Both the position numbers and the translations under genes were made by a program. DNA of 64,000 bases, taken from NCBI GenBank assembly GCA_963737905.1, contig CAVTUQ010000030.1:1-64000 (forward strand). Reading direction: 5' to 3'. The stretch comes from an uncultured delta proteobacterium (GTDB lineage: Bacteria; Desulfobacterota; Binatia; UBA9968). Shown here one piece after another: positions 40,949 to 51,086 of this stretch. A model generated the notes under the pieces. It had not been told where the DNA came from and did no database searches. It saw only the letters and a list, made by a program, of their open reading frames with translations. The first letter of the stretch is position 1. Every line of letters begins with the position of its first letter.

Positions 40949-42088
40949 TTAAATGTTTGGCTTCCCGACATAGCCGGTCATTTCCACATACCCTGAGCCG
41001 ACAATCGGCTTGTTTCGGATCATCCCGTTGACACGTGCCGCGCCTTCCCAATACGTCACCCGCGTGCTTCTGTTGGTGATGAGTTCCTGGTCCGTAAACT
41101 CCGGCGCGATTGCTAACTCAATACCCTCTGAAGGAATCGTTACTTTCCACTTCATGGGGTAATTTCCGCCGCTCTTCGCACTCTTCCATCGTTCCAACAC
41201 CTCAATTTGGAAATCTTCCAACCTCAGATGTTTCGTCGTACCGTCCGCTTTTACCAGGGTGCCGCTGGAGTAAGGATCGGGCGATCCGTCCTTTCGGCGA
41301 ATCAAATAGAGCATGATCTCAGTTTCATTATCGAGCTGAAGGCTGAACCAGTCCCAGCCCACCTGATCTTCTCGCAATTGATTGCTGCCAAATTCATGGT
41401 CCATCCAACTCAATCCGTGGACTTTTTCTTTTTGGCCGCCAATCGTAATCTCCCCTTCGGTTTTCATGCGCGTCAACGAATAATAGTAAGAAGCCCGTCC
41501 TTCGCCTTGCCCCTTTTGGCTGAGACCGTTGTCACCATGAAGAACCGGCGGCTTGAGCGAAACCAACCGGAGCCGCAGCTCCGTTCCCCGGTCGCTTGCC
41601 TGGATCTGGTGATTTTTTTCATCGCCCTCCACTTTCCAATCTTCGTTCCAAACCCGGTAACGATCCGTCTCGGCGCCGGCCTTTCCTTGATAGCCGCGAT
41701 TGATTCTCTCTCGAAATAGGAATTTCTTCCGGTCGATATCCGATACGGCGAAATGAGCCATGTAGAGATCAGTGAAATACGGTGGCTTGCCTTTGACCTC
41801 ACCCTGTCGGTCGCGCAGGCCGAACCGGAAAAAAGTAACCTGGTAACCATAATGATTGCCGGTCTCGGACTCCAGGTGACCTGTGTAGTACCACCACTCG
41901 GTTTTGAAATCCGGGTGGGAATAGTGATCGGCCGGGAAGGAAAGCTTGCGTCCGGGTAACGCCAGCTGGTACGTAAAGCCACCCTCACCCTCCCCTCTCC
42001 CTGGCAGGGAGAGGGTTGAAACGAGGACGAATAGAAAAAGCCGCAAAGAGATTGTGAACAACACTTTTAGGTTCTTCCTAGATCCCAT
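40949..42088 (-). CDS. AttH/CrtC-like lipocalin-domain secreted protein
   Basis: FPADH..HP...EWWY.TG, YYYS, SWMDHEF, GWDWF, YWEG, GYVEMTGY. Confidence 0.88.
   Translation of the reverse strand: MGSRKNLKVLFTISLRLFLFVLVSTLSLPGRGEGEGGFTYQLALPGRKLSFPADHYSHPDFKTEWWYYTGHLESETGNHYGYQVTFFRFGLRDRQGEVKGKPPYFTDLYMAHFAVSDIDRKKFLFRERINRGYQGKAGAETDRYRVWNEDWKVEGDEKNHQIQASDRGTELRLRLVSLKPPVLHGDNGLSQKGQGEGRASYYYSLTRMKTEGEITIGGQKEKVHGLSWMDHEFGSNQLREDQVGWDWFSLQLDNETEIMLYLIRRKDGSPDPYSSGTLVKADGTTKHLRLEDFQIEVLERWKSAKSGGNYPMKWKVTIPSEGIELAIAPEFTDQELITNRSTRVTYWEGAARVNGMIRNKPIVGSGYVEMTGYVGKPNI
41982..42016. repeat. CCCTCTCCC/GGGAGAGGG palindromic element inside a CDS
   Basis: ccctcaccctcccctctccctggcagggagagggt; 10-bp stem 41993-42002 / 42006-42015. 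Confidence 0.75.
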
Positions 42089-42090
42089 AT

Positions 42091-42120
42091 TTGCAGAGGC
42101 AATTTGACTAATGCTATAGG
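42091..42120 (+). promoter_or_regulatory. sigma70-like promoter, probably leaderless transcript
   Basis: TTGCAG-N18-TATAGG with TGn extension; ATG 6 nt downstream; no SD. Confidence 0.4.
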
Positions 42121-42126
42121 GTGTCT

Positions 42127-42960
42127 ATGGAAAAACAATACATGCGCGAAACGTTGCTCACAACACCGGCTGAATTACAGAAAAAACTCGGTTCACCTGA
42201 TCTCTGCCTCGTCGACGTTCGGCCGGCGGAGCAATTTGCTCAAGGTCACATCCCGGGCGCGGTTCATTTTGATCTTTTTGGTCTCAGCTTAGTCGACACC
42301 AGCGAAGCGCCGCTCAGGGCATTCATGTATATGATCCATCATGTGCTCGAGCTACGCGGCGTGAGCGAAACCAAGGAAGTTGTCTTTTACGAAAGCAACT
42401 CCGGCATGCGCGCGGCACGGGGACTGTGGTTTTTGGAATATTTCGGCCACCCTAATGCGCGCATGCTCGACGGGGGCTTCGACGCATGGAAGAGAGCGGG
42501 CGGGACGATCACGACGGAATCAGTCGTTCCGAAGGCAGCGACTTTCAAAACCACCGAGCGCCGGGAAGTCCTGGCTACGGCGGACGACGTTCTTAAATCA
42601 CTCCAGAAGAAAGAGTTTTCCATACTCGATACCCGCAGCGATGGCGAATATCTTGGCACCCACGTCCGCGCCGCCCGCGGTGGAGCCATCCCGGGCGCCA
42701 TTCACATCGAGTGGACCGACAATCTCGACGCCAGTGGCAAATTCAAATCCAACGCGGAGCTAAAAGCCATGTACGACAAAGCCGGCATCAGCCCGGACAA
42801 AGAAGTACTCTCCTACTGCCAGGGTGGTTATCGCGCGGCGCATAGCTATGTTGCGCTGCGCCTGCTCAGCTTCCCAAAAGTCAGAAACTATATCGGCTCC
42901 TGGAAAGAATGGGGCGACCGCGCCGACCTGCCGATTGAAATCCCGAGAGCAAAGCAGTGA
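42127..42960 (+). CDS. Tandem-domain rhodanese / sulfurtransferase
   Basis: GHIPGA, LDGG, GAIPGA, active site YCQGGYRA, GSWKEW. Confidence 0.93.
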   Translation: MEKQYMRETLLTTPAELQKKLGSPDLCLVDVRPAEQFAQGHIPGAVHFDLFGLSLVDTSEAPLRAFMYMIHHVLELRGVSETKEVVFYESNSGMRAARGLWFLEYFGHPNARMLDGGFDAWKRAGGTITTESVVPKAATFKTTERREVLATADDVLKSLQKKEFSILDTRSDGEYLGTHVRAARGGAIPGAIHIEWTDNLDASGKFKSNAELKAMYDKAGISPDKEVLSYCQGGYRAAHSYVALRLLSFPKVRNYIGSWKEWGDRADLPIEIPRAKQ

Positions 42961-43246
42961 CTTCGACGCTTTCCACATTTAACAACGCTCTATTACTATG
43001 CCTGCTGGCCTCGCTTGCACAGACTGACTTATCATTCGCCACGGAAGCTAGAAAAGTGACTCTGTCTTATTCTGCGGTGAGCATGACCTGGTTTCCGGTG
43101 AAGGTAGCCGTGGAGAAGGGGTTTTTCCGGAATGAAGCATCGAGTGGAGTTTCATCCAACAACAAACGAAAAAAACCACCGTGCCAGTTTCCATCGCTCA
43201 TGATATGACTTTACTCAAAGAAGTGCAGCGTGACCTTGGCATGTAG
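42957..43246 (+). pseudogene. ABC substrate-binding protein (NMT1/SsuA-like) with a large internal deletion
   Basis: N-terminus ...VTLSYSAVS...VAVEKGFFRNE joined out of frame to a C-terminus IEWSFIQQQTKKTTVPVSIAHDMTLLKEVQRDLGM*. Confidence 0.7.
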
Positions 43247-43291
43247 CAACCGGCCGCAAAATCAAACCACTTAAGAATAAGGAGTAATTCC

Positions 43292-44242
43292 ATGCTTAGA
43301 ACACTCGATCTTCTGGCCAGTGATCCCTCCCATCTGCCCTTCCTCTTTGTATTCAAGGAGTCCGGCGTGATGGAAAAATACGGCTTCGAAATCGACCTCC
43401 ACATAGTCGGCGGGGCCAAAGCGCCGACTATGGCGCATCGCGCGAAACTCGCTTTGGCCGGCGAAATCGACTTTCTGAGCGGTTTACATCACGAGACTTA
43501 TCGAGAGCGCGCCAAGGGTGAGAAACGGCTCACCTACCTCGCTCAAGCCCAAAACAACTGGGATGACCGGCTCGTCGCGCTGCCAAAGATCCAAACCGTC
43601 CAGGACCTGAAAAACCAAAAGATCATCTGTCACGGCAAAGCGCCCTGCGTCGCCGGGAACCTGCGCGCAGTATTGGAAATCTGCGGTCTCAAACCGGAGG
43701 AGATAAACATCCAAGCCATCGAAGATTCGTCGGGCAAGTTTCTGCAATTTGTCGACCGCCTGACCTCCGGCGAAGCCGCGGCGGCGTTGGTGGACATGCC
43801 CTTCGATCTCTACGGCATCAAAAAGGGACTGAAGATCGTCGATCTGCCGGATCGGCCGGTCATCCACAATACAACTCTTTTAGCGACGACGGATTACATC
43901 AAACAAAACGAAGAAACCGTTTATGCCTTTATCAAGGGTTTCATCGAAGCCCTCCATTTCTTCAAGACCGAACCCGATAAAGTGGTCCCGATCCTCAAGA
44001 AAAACTTGGCAAAGCGCTACGGACTCGAGGAGGACGAGTATTATATTTACCTGCAGCGCGAGTGGGCGCGACTGTTATCCAAGAAACCTTATCCCCTGGC
44101 CAGCGCCATTCAAAATGTCTATGACCTCGATGTCGGCAAAGATCCCGCGATGAGAAACATCGGTCCGATGGAGCCGTGGGATTTGCATTATCTTCGCGCC
44201 ATCGACGACAGCGGCTTCATCGACAAGCTGTATGCGGCCTAG
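43292..44242 (+). CDS. NMT1/SsuA-like substrate-binding-fold protein without a signal peptide
   Basis: GVMEKYG, DLKNQKI, FIKGFIEA, IDDSGFIDKLY; AAGGAG RBS. Confidence 0.8.
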   Translation: MLRTLDLLASDPSHLPFLFVFKESGVMEKYGFEIDLHIVGGAKAPTMAHRAKLALAGEIDFLSGLHHETYRERAKGEKRLTYLAQAQNNWDDRLVALPKIQTVQDLKNQKIICHGKAPCVAGNLRAVLEICGLKPEEINIQAIEDSSGKFLQFVDRLTSGEAAAALVDMPFDLYGIKKGLKIVDLPDRPVIHNTTLLATTDYIKQNEETVYAFIKGFIEALHFFKTEPDKVVPILKKNLAKRYGLEEDEYYIYLQREWARLLSKKPYPLASAIQNVYDLDVGKDPAMRNIGPMEPWDLHYLRAIDDSGFIDKLYAA

Positions 44243-44364
44243 GATCGGACATCTAGCCGATCTCAGTTTTCGGCTTTCGATCATGTGCGCCGGCATGAGG
44301 GGAGCGTAGAGGCATGACCCGATCCCACACAGCCTCGTTGCTGAACATTTTTGAGTGACAACTT

Positions 44365-44843
44365 GTGCCGATCCAACTGTACCTCGACACCAACGTACTT
44401 TGTCGTCGTTCGATGATCAGGGGATCAGCAGGGTGCGCGTTGAAACTGATGCGTTCGAGCGGATTTTGGAGAAAGTAAGACGAGCCGATGCCACCCTAAT
44501 ATAGTTAGCTCCGAAATCCTAGTTTTTGAGATTCAAAGAATTATCGAACCGGCCAAGAGAGCGAAGGCTTCTGTCTATCTCCGTATGGCGCGCACTTATC
44601 ATGCCATGACGGATGAAACGCTTACCATAGCCAGAACAGTTGAAGACAGATTCAAATTGAGCTACGCGATGCACTACAATGCAGTAAGCGCGCTTTTGGA
44701 CGGGAGCGAATATTTTCTAACGTGCGACGATGGAATAACAAAGAGGTTTAAGTGATGTTCCCTTTCTGCTACCATTGGAATGCATCGCTGGATCTTGGGA
44801 GTAATGAATCCGGCAGCATTTTGTCGACACTGTGCGATGGTGA
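44365..44843 (+). pseudogene. PIN-domain (VapC-like) toxin, multiply disrupted
   Basis: Fragments LYLDTNVLCR, FDDQ...RVETDA, SSEILVFE, RDAL, YFLTCDD, VMNP across several frames with stops. Confidence 0.75.
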
Positions 44844-44846
44844 TCT

Positions 44847-45056
44847 ATGAGCAAAGCCGCTACGAAGGTCGAGGAAGCAGTGATTAGAGAAGCTGGGATA
44901 CTCTTGTGAAAAAGATGGGTGCAGCCAAGGCAACCACTTCCTAGTAGCTTTGAGCGTGGTGAAGGAGACTCTGTCAAAGAAATCAAGCGTTTCTGGCGCG
45001 GAAAGTCTCTCGATGAGATTTATCGCCAGGTAAAGCGAGCGAAGATCGCTTTCTAA
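44847..45056 (+). pseudogene. Putative antitoxin partner of the PIN toxin, frameshifted
   Basis: MSKAATKVEEAVIREA / DTLVKKMGAAKAT / FLVAFERGEGDSVKEIKRFWRGKSLDEIYRQVKR*; starts 3 nt after the toxin. Confidence 0.55.
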
Positions 45057-45073
45057 GTTTCCCTCCATCATCA

Positions 45074-48000
45074 ATGGCCAGCGAAACTGGCAAACTCTTT
45101 CCGTCTAACAACGTCGGTCTCTTCTCTGACTATTTCCTGAGCAAGAGACTACCCGCCGAGTCCCGCTATGGAGTAGCGAAAAACTAGCTGCCGAGAACTG
45201 CCTCGCAAAGATCCTCGCCCAGTACAAGAAGTTCACCGCCACCTACAAATCCCCCAACGAGGCGCAAACGGAAGATGATTTTATCCGTCCCGTTTTGGCG
45301 CTACTTGGCTATTCCTACATCGTACAGACCTCGCTCAAACATAAAGGAAAAAGCAACCAGCCTGACTACGCTCTCTTCCCCGACGACAGGACGAAGAAAG
45401 AGGCCGGTTCTTTCAAAGTCAAAGAACAAGAAGCTTTCTACGGGAAGGCATTGGCCATTTGTGACGCTAAGTATTGGGGGCGCCCGTTAGATATCAAGCT
45501 TAGCGACAAAAAGGACACTTTCACGAATATCAATCCCAGTTTCCAGATCGTCAATTACCTCGTCGGCGCCAACGTCGATTGGGGCATCCTAACCAACGGT
45601 AGACTCTGGCGTCTTTACTACCAAAAGGCATCGTCGCGCTCATCGACTTTCTACGAGGTTGACCTAGAAGAGCTCCTCCTGAAGGGTGACTCGGAACGAT
45701 TTCTTTACTTCTATCTCTTCTTCCGTAAAGAGGCGTTGCTCAAAGATAGCCAGGGCAAAACTTTTTTAGAAAATGTCCTCGAAGGTTCGACCAATTATGC
45801 CTCCGAGTTAAGCGACAGCTTAAAAGACAAAGTCTTTGACAAAATTTTCCCCCACCTAGCGCGCGGCTTCGTACACTATCGCAAGAAAGAACTAGGCGTG
45901 CAGACGGAGACTGATGAGTCACTGAAGGAGACTTACAGCGCCACCCTAACCCTTCTGTATCGACTTCTCTTCATTCTCTATGCCGAGGCCCGCGACCTGC
46001 TGCCAGTAGAAGAACAAGCATACCACCATTATAGCCTAACCAGATTTAAGCAAAGAGTGGCGGAATTACGCGACAAAAGATCAACATTGACTGAGCTTTC
46101 AACTGATCTTTGGAGCGATTTGGACACTCTGTTTAAGATCATTGATGTCGGTGACGCTAAACTGAACGTTCCCACTTACAACGGAGGTCTTTTTAGCCAA
46201 AAGAATCCGAAAAATGATTTCCTGAAGAAAAACAGGGTGCCTGACCCATGGCTCGCTGAGGCACTCGATTATCTCACTCGCGACATTGACAAGGAAAGCA
46301 GCAAGCCACACTTCATCGACTACAGCGAGTTAGAGGTACGCCACCTGGGAAGCATCTATGAAGGCCTGCTGGAATTTCACCTGATGATGGCCCAGGAGGA
46401 CAAAGGTGTCGTCAAAGAGAAAGGGCGAGAAGTTTATAAGCCGGTCAGTGATGTCCAGAATCCAAAGGAGATCGTTAAGAAAGGAGAACTTTACCTAGAG
46501 AATGACAAGCATCAAAGGAAAAGTACCGGCAGCTATTACACGCCTGACTACATCGTCAAATACATTGTTCAGAATACCGTCGGGCCGGTTCTGGAAGAGA
46601 AAATGAAGAAGGGCGAGAAGCTCTTCGGGGAGATCGCGTTGTTAAGAGCCAAGGCCAAGCGAGCCACCGGCGCAAAGAGAATCTTGGCTCAGGAGCAACA
46701 AAAAGAGGGAAGCAGCCGATGAGCTGTTCTCTTTAAAGATTCTCGACCCGGCGATGGGCAGCGGCCATTTTCTAGTGGAAACCGTTGATTTCCTGTCCGA
46801 CCACATCATCAAGTTTTTGACGGATCACCCCGACAACCCGGTTTTGGAAGAGATTGAAAATCTTCGTTCTACGATTCTAATAGACCTCAAGAAAAAAGGC
46901 ATCGATATAGACGAGCAAAGGCTTACCCCTACCAATCTCGTCAGGCGCATGGTTATGAAGCGTTGCATTTATGGCGTGGATCTAAATCCAATGGCTGTCG
47001 AGCTTGCCAAGCTCTCTCTGTGGCTTCACTCCTTCACCCTTGGTGCCCCGCTCTCCTTCCTCGACCATCATTTGAAATGCGGAAACAGTTTGATAGGGAC
47101 AACTGTAAACAGGGTCAAAACATCCATGCAGGAAAAAAAGGAGAGCGAGGAAACGACTATAGCGGACTGGGAAGGCCAAGAGCGAACCTACTCTGGTCAA
47201 TCATCTCTTTTCCTCTTTGGATCGCACTTCGCTGGGCTTCTGTCGGCCACAGAGTTGATGCAACAAGTGGGGGAACTAACAGACTCTACGTTCGAAGAGG
47301 TTCAAGAGAGCCAACAGAAATACGAAAAAGCCGCCGAGGCCCTGAAGCCTTTCAAACTCATGCTTAACCTCTGGACTAGCGAATATTTCGGCAACAAAGA
47401 CGCCCAACGCTTTCTCACCCATGGTGGCGACATAGAGGCTTTTCAAAAGAGCACGAATCGACTACCGGAAAAGACAAAAGCTCTTCGAGAAATCAGTGAC
47501 ACCCTCTCTGAGAGCAGAAGCTTCTTTCACTGGGAGCTGGAATTCCCGGAGGTCTTCTATAAAGGGACACGTGAAAAGGAAAACGCCGGCTTCGATGTAA
47601 TCATTGGCAATCCACCCTGGGGAGCTGCGTTGGAAAACAATGAGAAGAAATATCTTGGATCGGTTTATCCAACAACCGCTAAGAATTTTGACACCTACGT
47701 GGCCATGATCGAGAAGAACGTGGGAATACTGAGGAGCGCAGGCACGTTAGGGTTTATTATACCTAATGCTTGGCTAACCGGGGTTTCATACATCCCACTT
47801 AGAAGATTTTTGCTTATAAACGGAGTCCTGCTTGATTTTGTGAATCTTCCGTATGACGTTTTCTCCGACGCTTACGTCGACAGTGCCACCATAGTCTTTG
47901 AAAAGCGCGATCCCAGCGCGAATCCAATCTTTGGCAAAGTAAGAGTTATCAATTTCGGTAAACGAGATCGTGTCACAGACATTAATCTCCACGTGTCGAA

Positions 48001-49150
48001 ACGAGTCTATTTAGACTATGGTGTTTGGGCAAACGACCCGTACCTTGCTTTCCGAATATCTCTCTCCTCAGGCGACTACTCGATTGAGAAGAAGCTATCG
48101 GACAACGTTGTCCCGCTACAAAGCATCGCGGAAATTGACCGCGGGTTAGAGGCCTACAGCAAGTATCGGCAGTCTCCGGATGAAATAGGACGAAAAATAT
48201 ACCATTCCGCCTCTAAAATTGGAGAGTCCTACATTAAACAATTTCAAGGCACTCTACGGAGATATATACTCTCCGAAGATGGAGAACTCTGGGTGAAGTG
48301 GGGATCACATCTTGCGGAGTCTCCGGCAATCGAATTCTTTGAGAAACCAAGAATTCTGCTTCGGCGCCTAATCAGCAGACAGTTTCGTATAATGGCGACA
48401 TTTACCGAGGACAAATTTGCCAACGATTCCTCGACCTTTGATATAATTCTAAGAGACGAACGCTACAACTTGTTCTTTGTTCTCGCTATACTTAATTCAA
48501 CTCTTTTTTCCCATTTCCAAGTCAAAAGATCTCAACTCGCCCAGAGAGATGATTTCCCAAAACTCTCCCTTGAAGAGGCTCGAACCTTCCCCATCCGGAA
48601 CATCACGTTTCAAACATCGTCAAAGCAACGAGCGAATCTTTTGGAAAAAAGCAAATCTCTTTACGGGCGTTGCATGGCCAAGAGTGATTTTCTCTGTGTG
48701 ACCGGGTTCGTGGAGCATTGTTTAAAACAAAAGCCGGAACAGACAGACGTGGTGCATGACCTCTTAGCGTTTTTGGCACAGCGAATGATAGAGCTAAACA
48801 AACAGGTCCTGACAGAGACGAAAGGATTCTTGCATTGGCTGGAGATAACGATCGGCGCAAAGGTCGATGCGCTTAAAAACAAGACCAAACTCTTCGCTTA
48901 TCACGACGGGAGCCTAGAGGAACTGCTGGAGGTAGTAAAGGAAAACCGAAGGATCCTCAAAATCAATCCTGCTAGCAAAGAGTTTTTTGATCCACTTAAA
49001 GATGCCTTTGAAAAAAGTTTGGCGAAACTTTCGCCCCTTAAAAAGAGCATTACTACAACCGACCACCTCATTGACCTGATTGTTTACAGACTCTACGGCT
49101 TAACTGACGAGGAAGCTAAGCTAGTGAAAAATGAAGCTGAATCGCCATGA
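45074..49150 (+). CDS. Type IIG/IIL fused restriction endonuclease - N6-adenine methyltransferase (about 1350 aa), split by two frameshifts
   Basis: NEAQTE, PDYALF...CDAK nuclease, ILTNG, YNGGLF, LGSIYEGLL, GSYYTP, DPAMGSGHF, NPPW, TaqI_C-like TRD; shifts near 45163 and 46705. Confidence 0.88.
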
Positions 49151-49698
49151 TCCATAGAGCGTCTCTGACCTTCGCTATTGTTGCTCTTTTTGTGGCCAAT
49201 TTGATTGGGTCGCTCTTCGCAGCCGAAAACAAGGGGGCTCATATGGAACTGAAAAGCTCCGCTTTCACGGAGAGCGCCAACATCCCGCGCAAGCACACCT
49301 GCGATGCTGAAGATGTCTCTCCCCTACTCAGATGGGACGACGTTCCGGCGGGGACTAAAGCCTTTGCCCTGATTGCCGACGATCCGGACGCGCCGGGCGG
49401 CACCTGGGTTCACTGGGTTATTTACGATCTACCGGCAGAAACGAAAGAGCTGGCAGAAGGCACAGCCAAAACTGAGACGTTAGAGCGCGGAGCTAAACAG
49501 GGAATAAACGACTTCCGGCGAGTCGGCTACAGTGGACCATGCCCTCCGCCGGGCTTACCGCATCGTTATTTCTTCAAACTTTATGCTTTGGACGCACCGA
49601 CTAATTTAAAACCGCGCGCGACAAAGCAGCAGCTACTCGACGCCATGAAAGGACACATTCTGGGCGAAGCCCAACTCATGGGGGGCTACGGTCGATGA
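49147..49698 (+). CDS. YbhB/YbcL (PEBP/Raf kinase inhibitor-like) protein
   Basis: SPLLRW, DDPDAP, WVHW, YSGPCPP, HRYFF. Confidence 0.93.
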   Translation: MIHRASLTFAIVALFVANLIGSLFAAENKGAHMELKSSAFTESANIPRKHTCDAEDVSPLLRWDDVPAGTKAFALIADDPDAPGGTWVHWVIYDLPAETKELAEGTAKTETLERGAKQGINDFRRVGYSGPCPPPGLPHRYFFKLYALDAPTNLKPRATKQQLLDAMKGHILGEAQLMGGYGR

Positions 49699-50085
49699 CC
49701 GACTTCCGCGAAAACACCCGTTGTGAAGGCCGCTTTTCTATTTACACAGCTGGAGAGCAATGTCGTTGAATGCGATTGGCTCCGACATTTACCAGAGGTA
49801 AAGAAGATGTGAGTCGGCGCTCATGAATAGCGTACCGAACGAAAGATATCTGAAATTTAGGTGTCGAAGAGAAGAAAAAGTTCCAAGTCGAAACCGTCGC
49901 GCTAAGGCATCAACGTCGCTTTTCTCCGTGCAGAGTGGTCGAATCGTCCACCGCGATTGATCCCTTGTGAGGCATACATCTTTCTACGAATTTGGCTATG
50001 GACACACTTGACAGCGACAGCACGGCGGGGGAGCGGAGTTGAAGGGTTCGGTGGATGAAAAATCTAAAACTCGGCTAGGCGCTGG

Positions 50086-50943
50086 TTAGTTCGTTTTAGC
50101 GACGAACGTCACATCATCCCGGCGAACATAGCCGGTGGGATTGCTGCGCCTCGACCTCACTTCCAGCCAATCACCGAGGGAGCGGACGACATTGACCCGG
50201 GTTCCTTTGGTGATCTGAGACAAGACGCGTGAAGATGCAGAGGGCCCTTCGTAAACCGAGGTTGCGCGGAGGGTTTGGTAAACTCCCAGCTCAGCCGCAC
50301 TGCGCGCGCCCTCGGACCGACTCGATGACGGGCTCGGCTCTGCCGGACGCGGCGAAGCCTTTGCTGCCGGCGCTACCTTGGTCGCCGCCAATCGCTCCGT
50401 CTCCCGCACCGTGCGAGTCAATTTTTGCTGGGTTGACGCTAGATTCTTTTGGCTTTCCTGGAGCTTTTTTTTGAGCTCGACAAGCTGAGTCGAATTCTGG
50501 GCCAGCTCCTTTCGCGCTTGAGCCAGTTCAGCTTCCAAGGTTTGAATCTTTTGGTCCTTGTCCCTGAGCTGCGCTAGTTTCTCTTCGAGCAACGATTGCG
50601 ATTCACTGCGCTGGCGCTGTCCACCGATCAAAAAGACGCCGATACCGAAAACCAGCAAACCCGCGATCAAGATCGCTTTCGACGTGATCGAGGTCTTGGG
50701 CTTCTTGGACCTTAGACGCGCTTCCATAATATCGGATTCTCGCGTCGGCCATTCTGGAGCGACAGTTGAGCTCAGATCTGCTTTGCAGTACGGACACCTT
50801 AGGGCGTCCTCGGCAATGCTATTGGCGCAGTGGGGACATAGCTTCGTACGAATTCCTCCCTTGGTGACTAAAGATTTGCCGTCCTTTGGGCAAACACTCA
50901 TTTTGTCGTCGTATTCGGTGAAGCATTGCGGGCACCGCTTCAT
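50086..50943 (-). CDS. Double zinc ribbon - TM - coiled coil - SH3b protein
   Basis: CPQC..CPKD, CPHC..CPYC, TM helix, coiled coil, C-terminal VYEGPS...DWLEV...GYV. Confidence 0.78.
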   Translation of the reverse strand: MKRCPQCFTEYDDKMSVCPKDGKSLVTKGGIRTKLCPHCANSIAEDALRCPYCKADLSSTVAPEWPTRESDIMEARLRSKKPKTSITSKAILIAGLLVFGIGVFLIGGQRQRSESQSLLEEKLAQLRDKDQKIQTLEAELAQARKELAQNSTQLVELKKKLQESQKNLASTQQKLTRTVRETERLAATKVAPAAKASPRPAEPSPSSSRSEGARSAAELGVYQTLRATSVYEGPSASSRVLSQITKGTRVNVVRSLGDWLEVRSRRSNPTGYVRRDDVTFVAKTN

Positions 50944-50950
50944 GGGAATT

Positions 50951-50979
50951 ATTCTGAATATAATACGTTTGTCCGTCAA
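50951..50979 (-). promoter_or_regulatory. sigma70-like promoter, probably leaderless transcript
   Basis: TTGACG-N17-CAGAAT, ATG 7 nt downstream, no SD. Confidence 0.5.
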
Positions 50980-51037
50980 GAGGAATCGCCGACGTCAAGT
51001 CGACTTTCGAATGAAACTTGCTCAGGCCATCCGCAAC

Positions 51038-51066
51038 TTGCCCTACCAGCACCCTTAAGCTATAGA
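51038..51066 (+). promoter_or_regulatory. sigma70-like promoter
   Basis: TTGCCC-N17-TATAGA, then GGAGG RBS. Confidence 0.45.
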
Positions 51067-51086
51067 ACCCTGGGAGGAAAAAAATC

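Noticed and set aside
45074-49150. BREX PglX or DISARM methylase
   Set aside because: It has its own N-terminal PD-(D/E)xK nuclease and no brx, pglZ or drm genes are adjacent; the SNF2 gene is 10 kb away and of the common SWIM type
49699-50085. Short ORFs or sRNA between ybhB and the SH3 gene
   Set aside because: No SD-supported ORF with recognisable features and no clear structure
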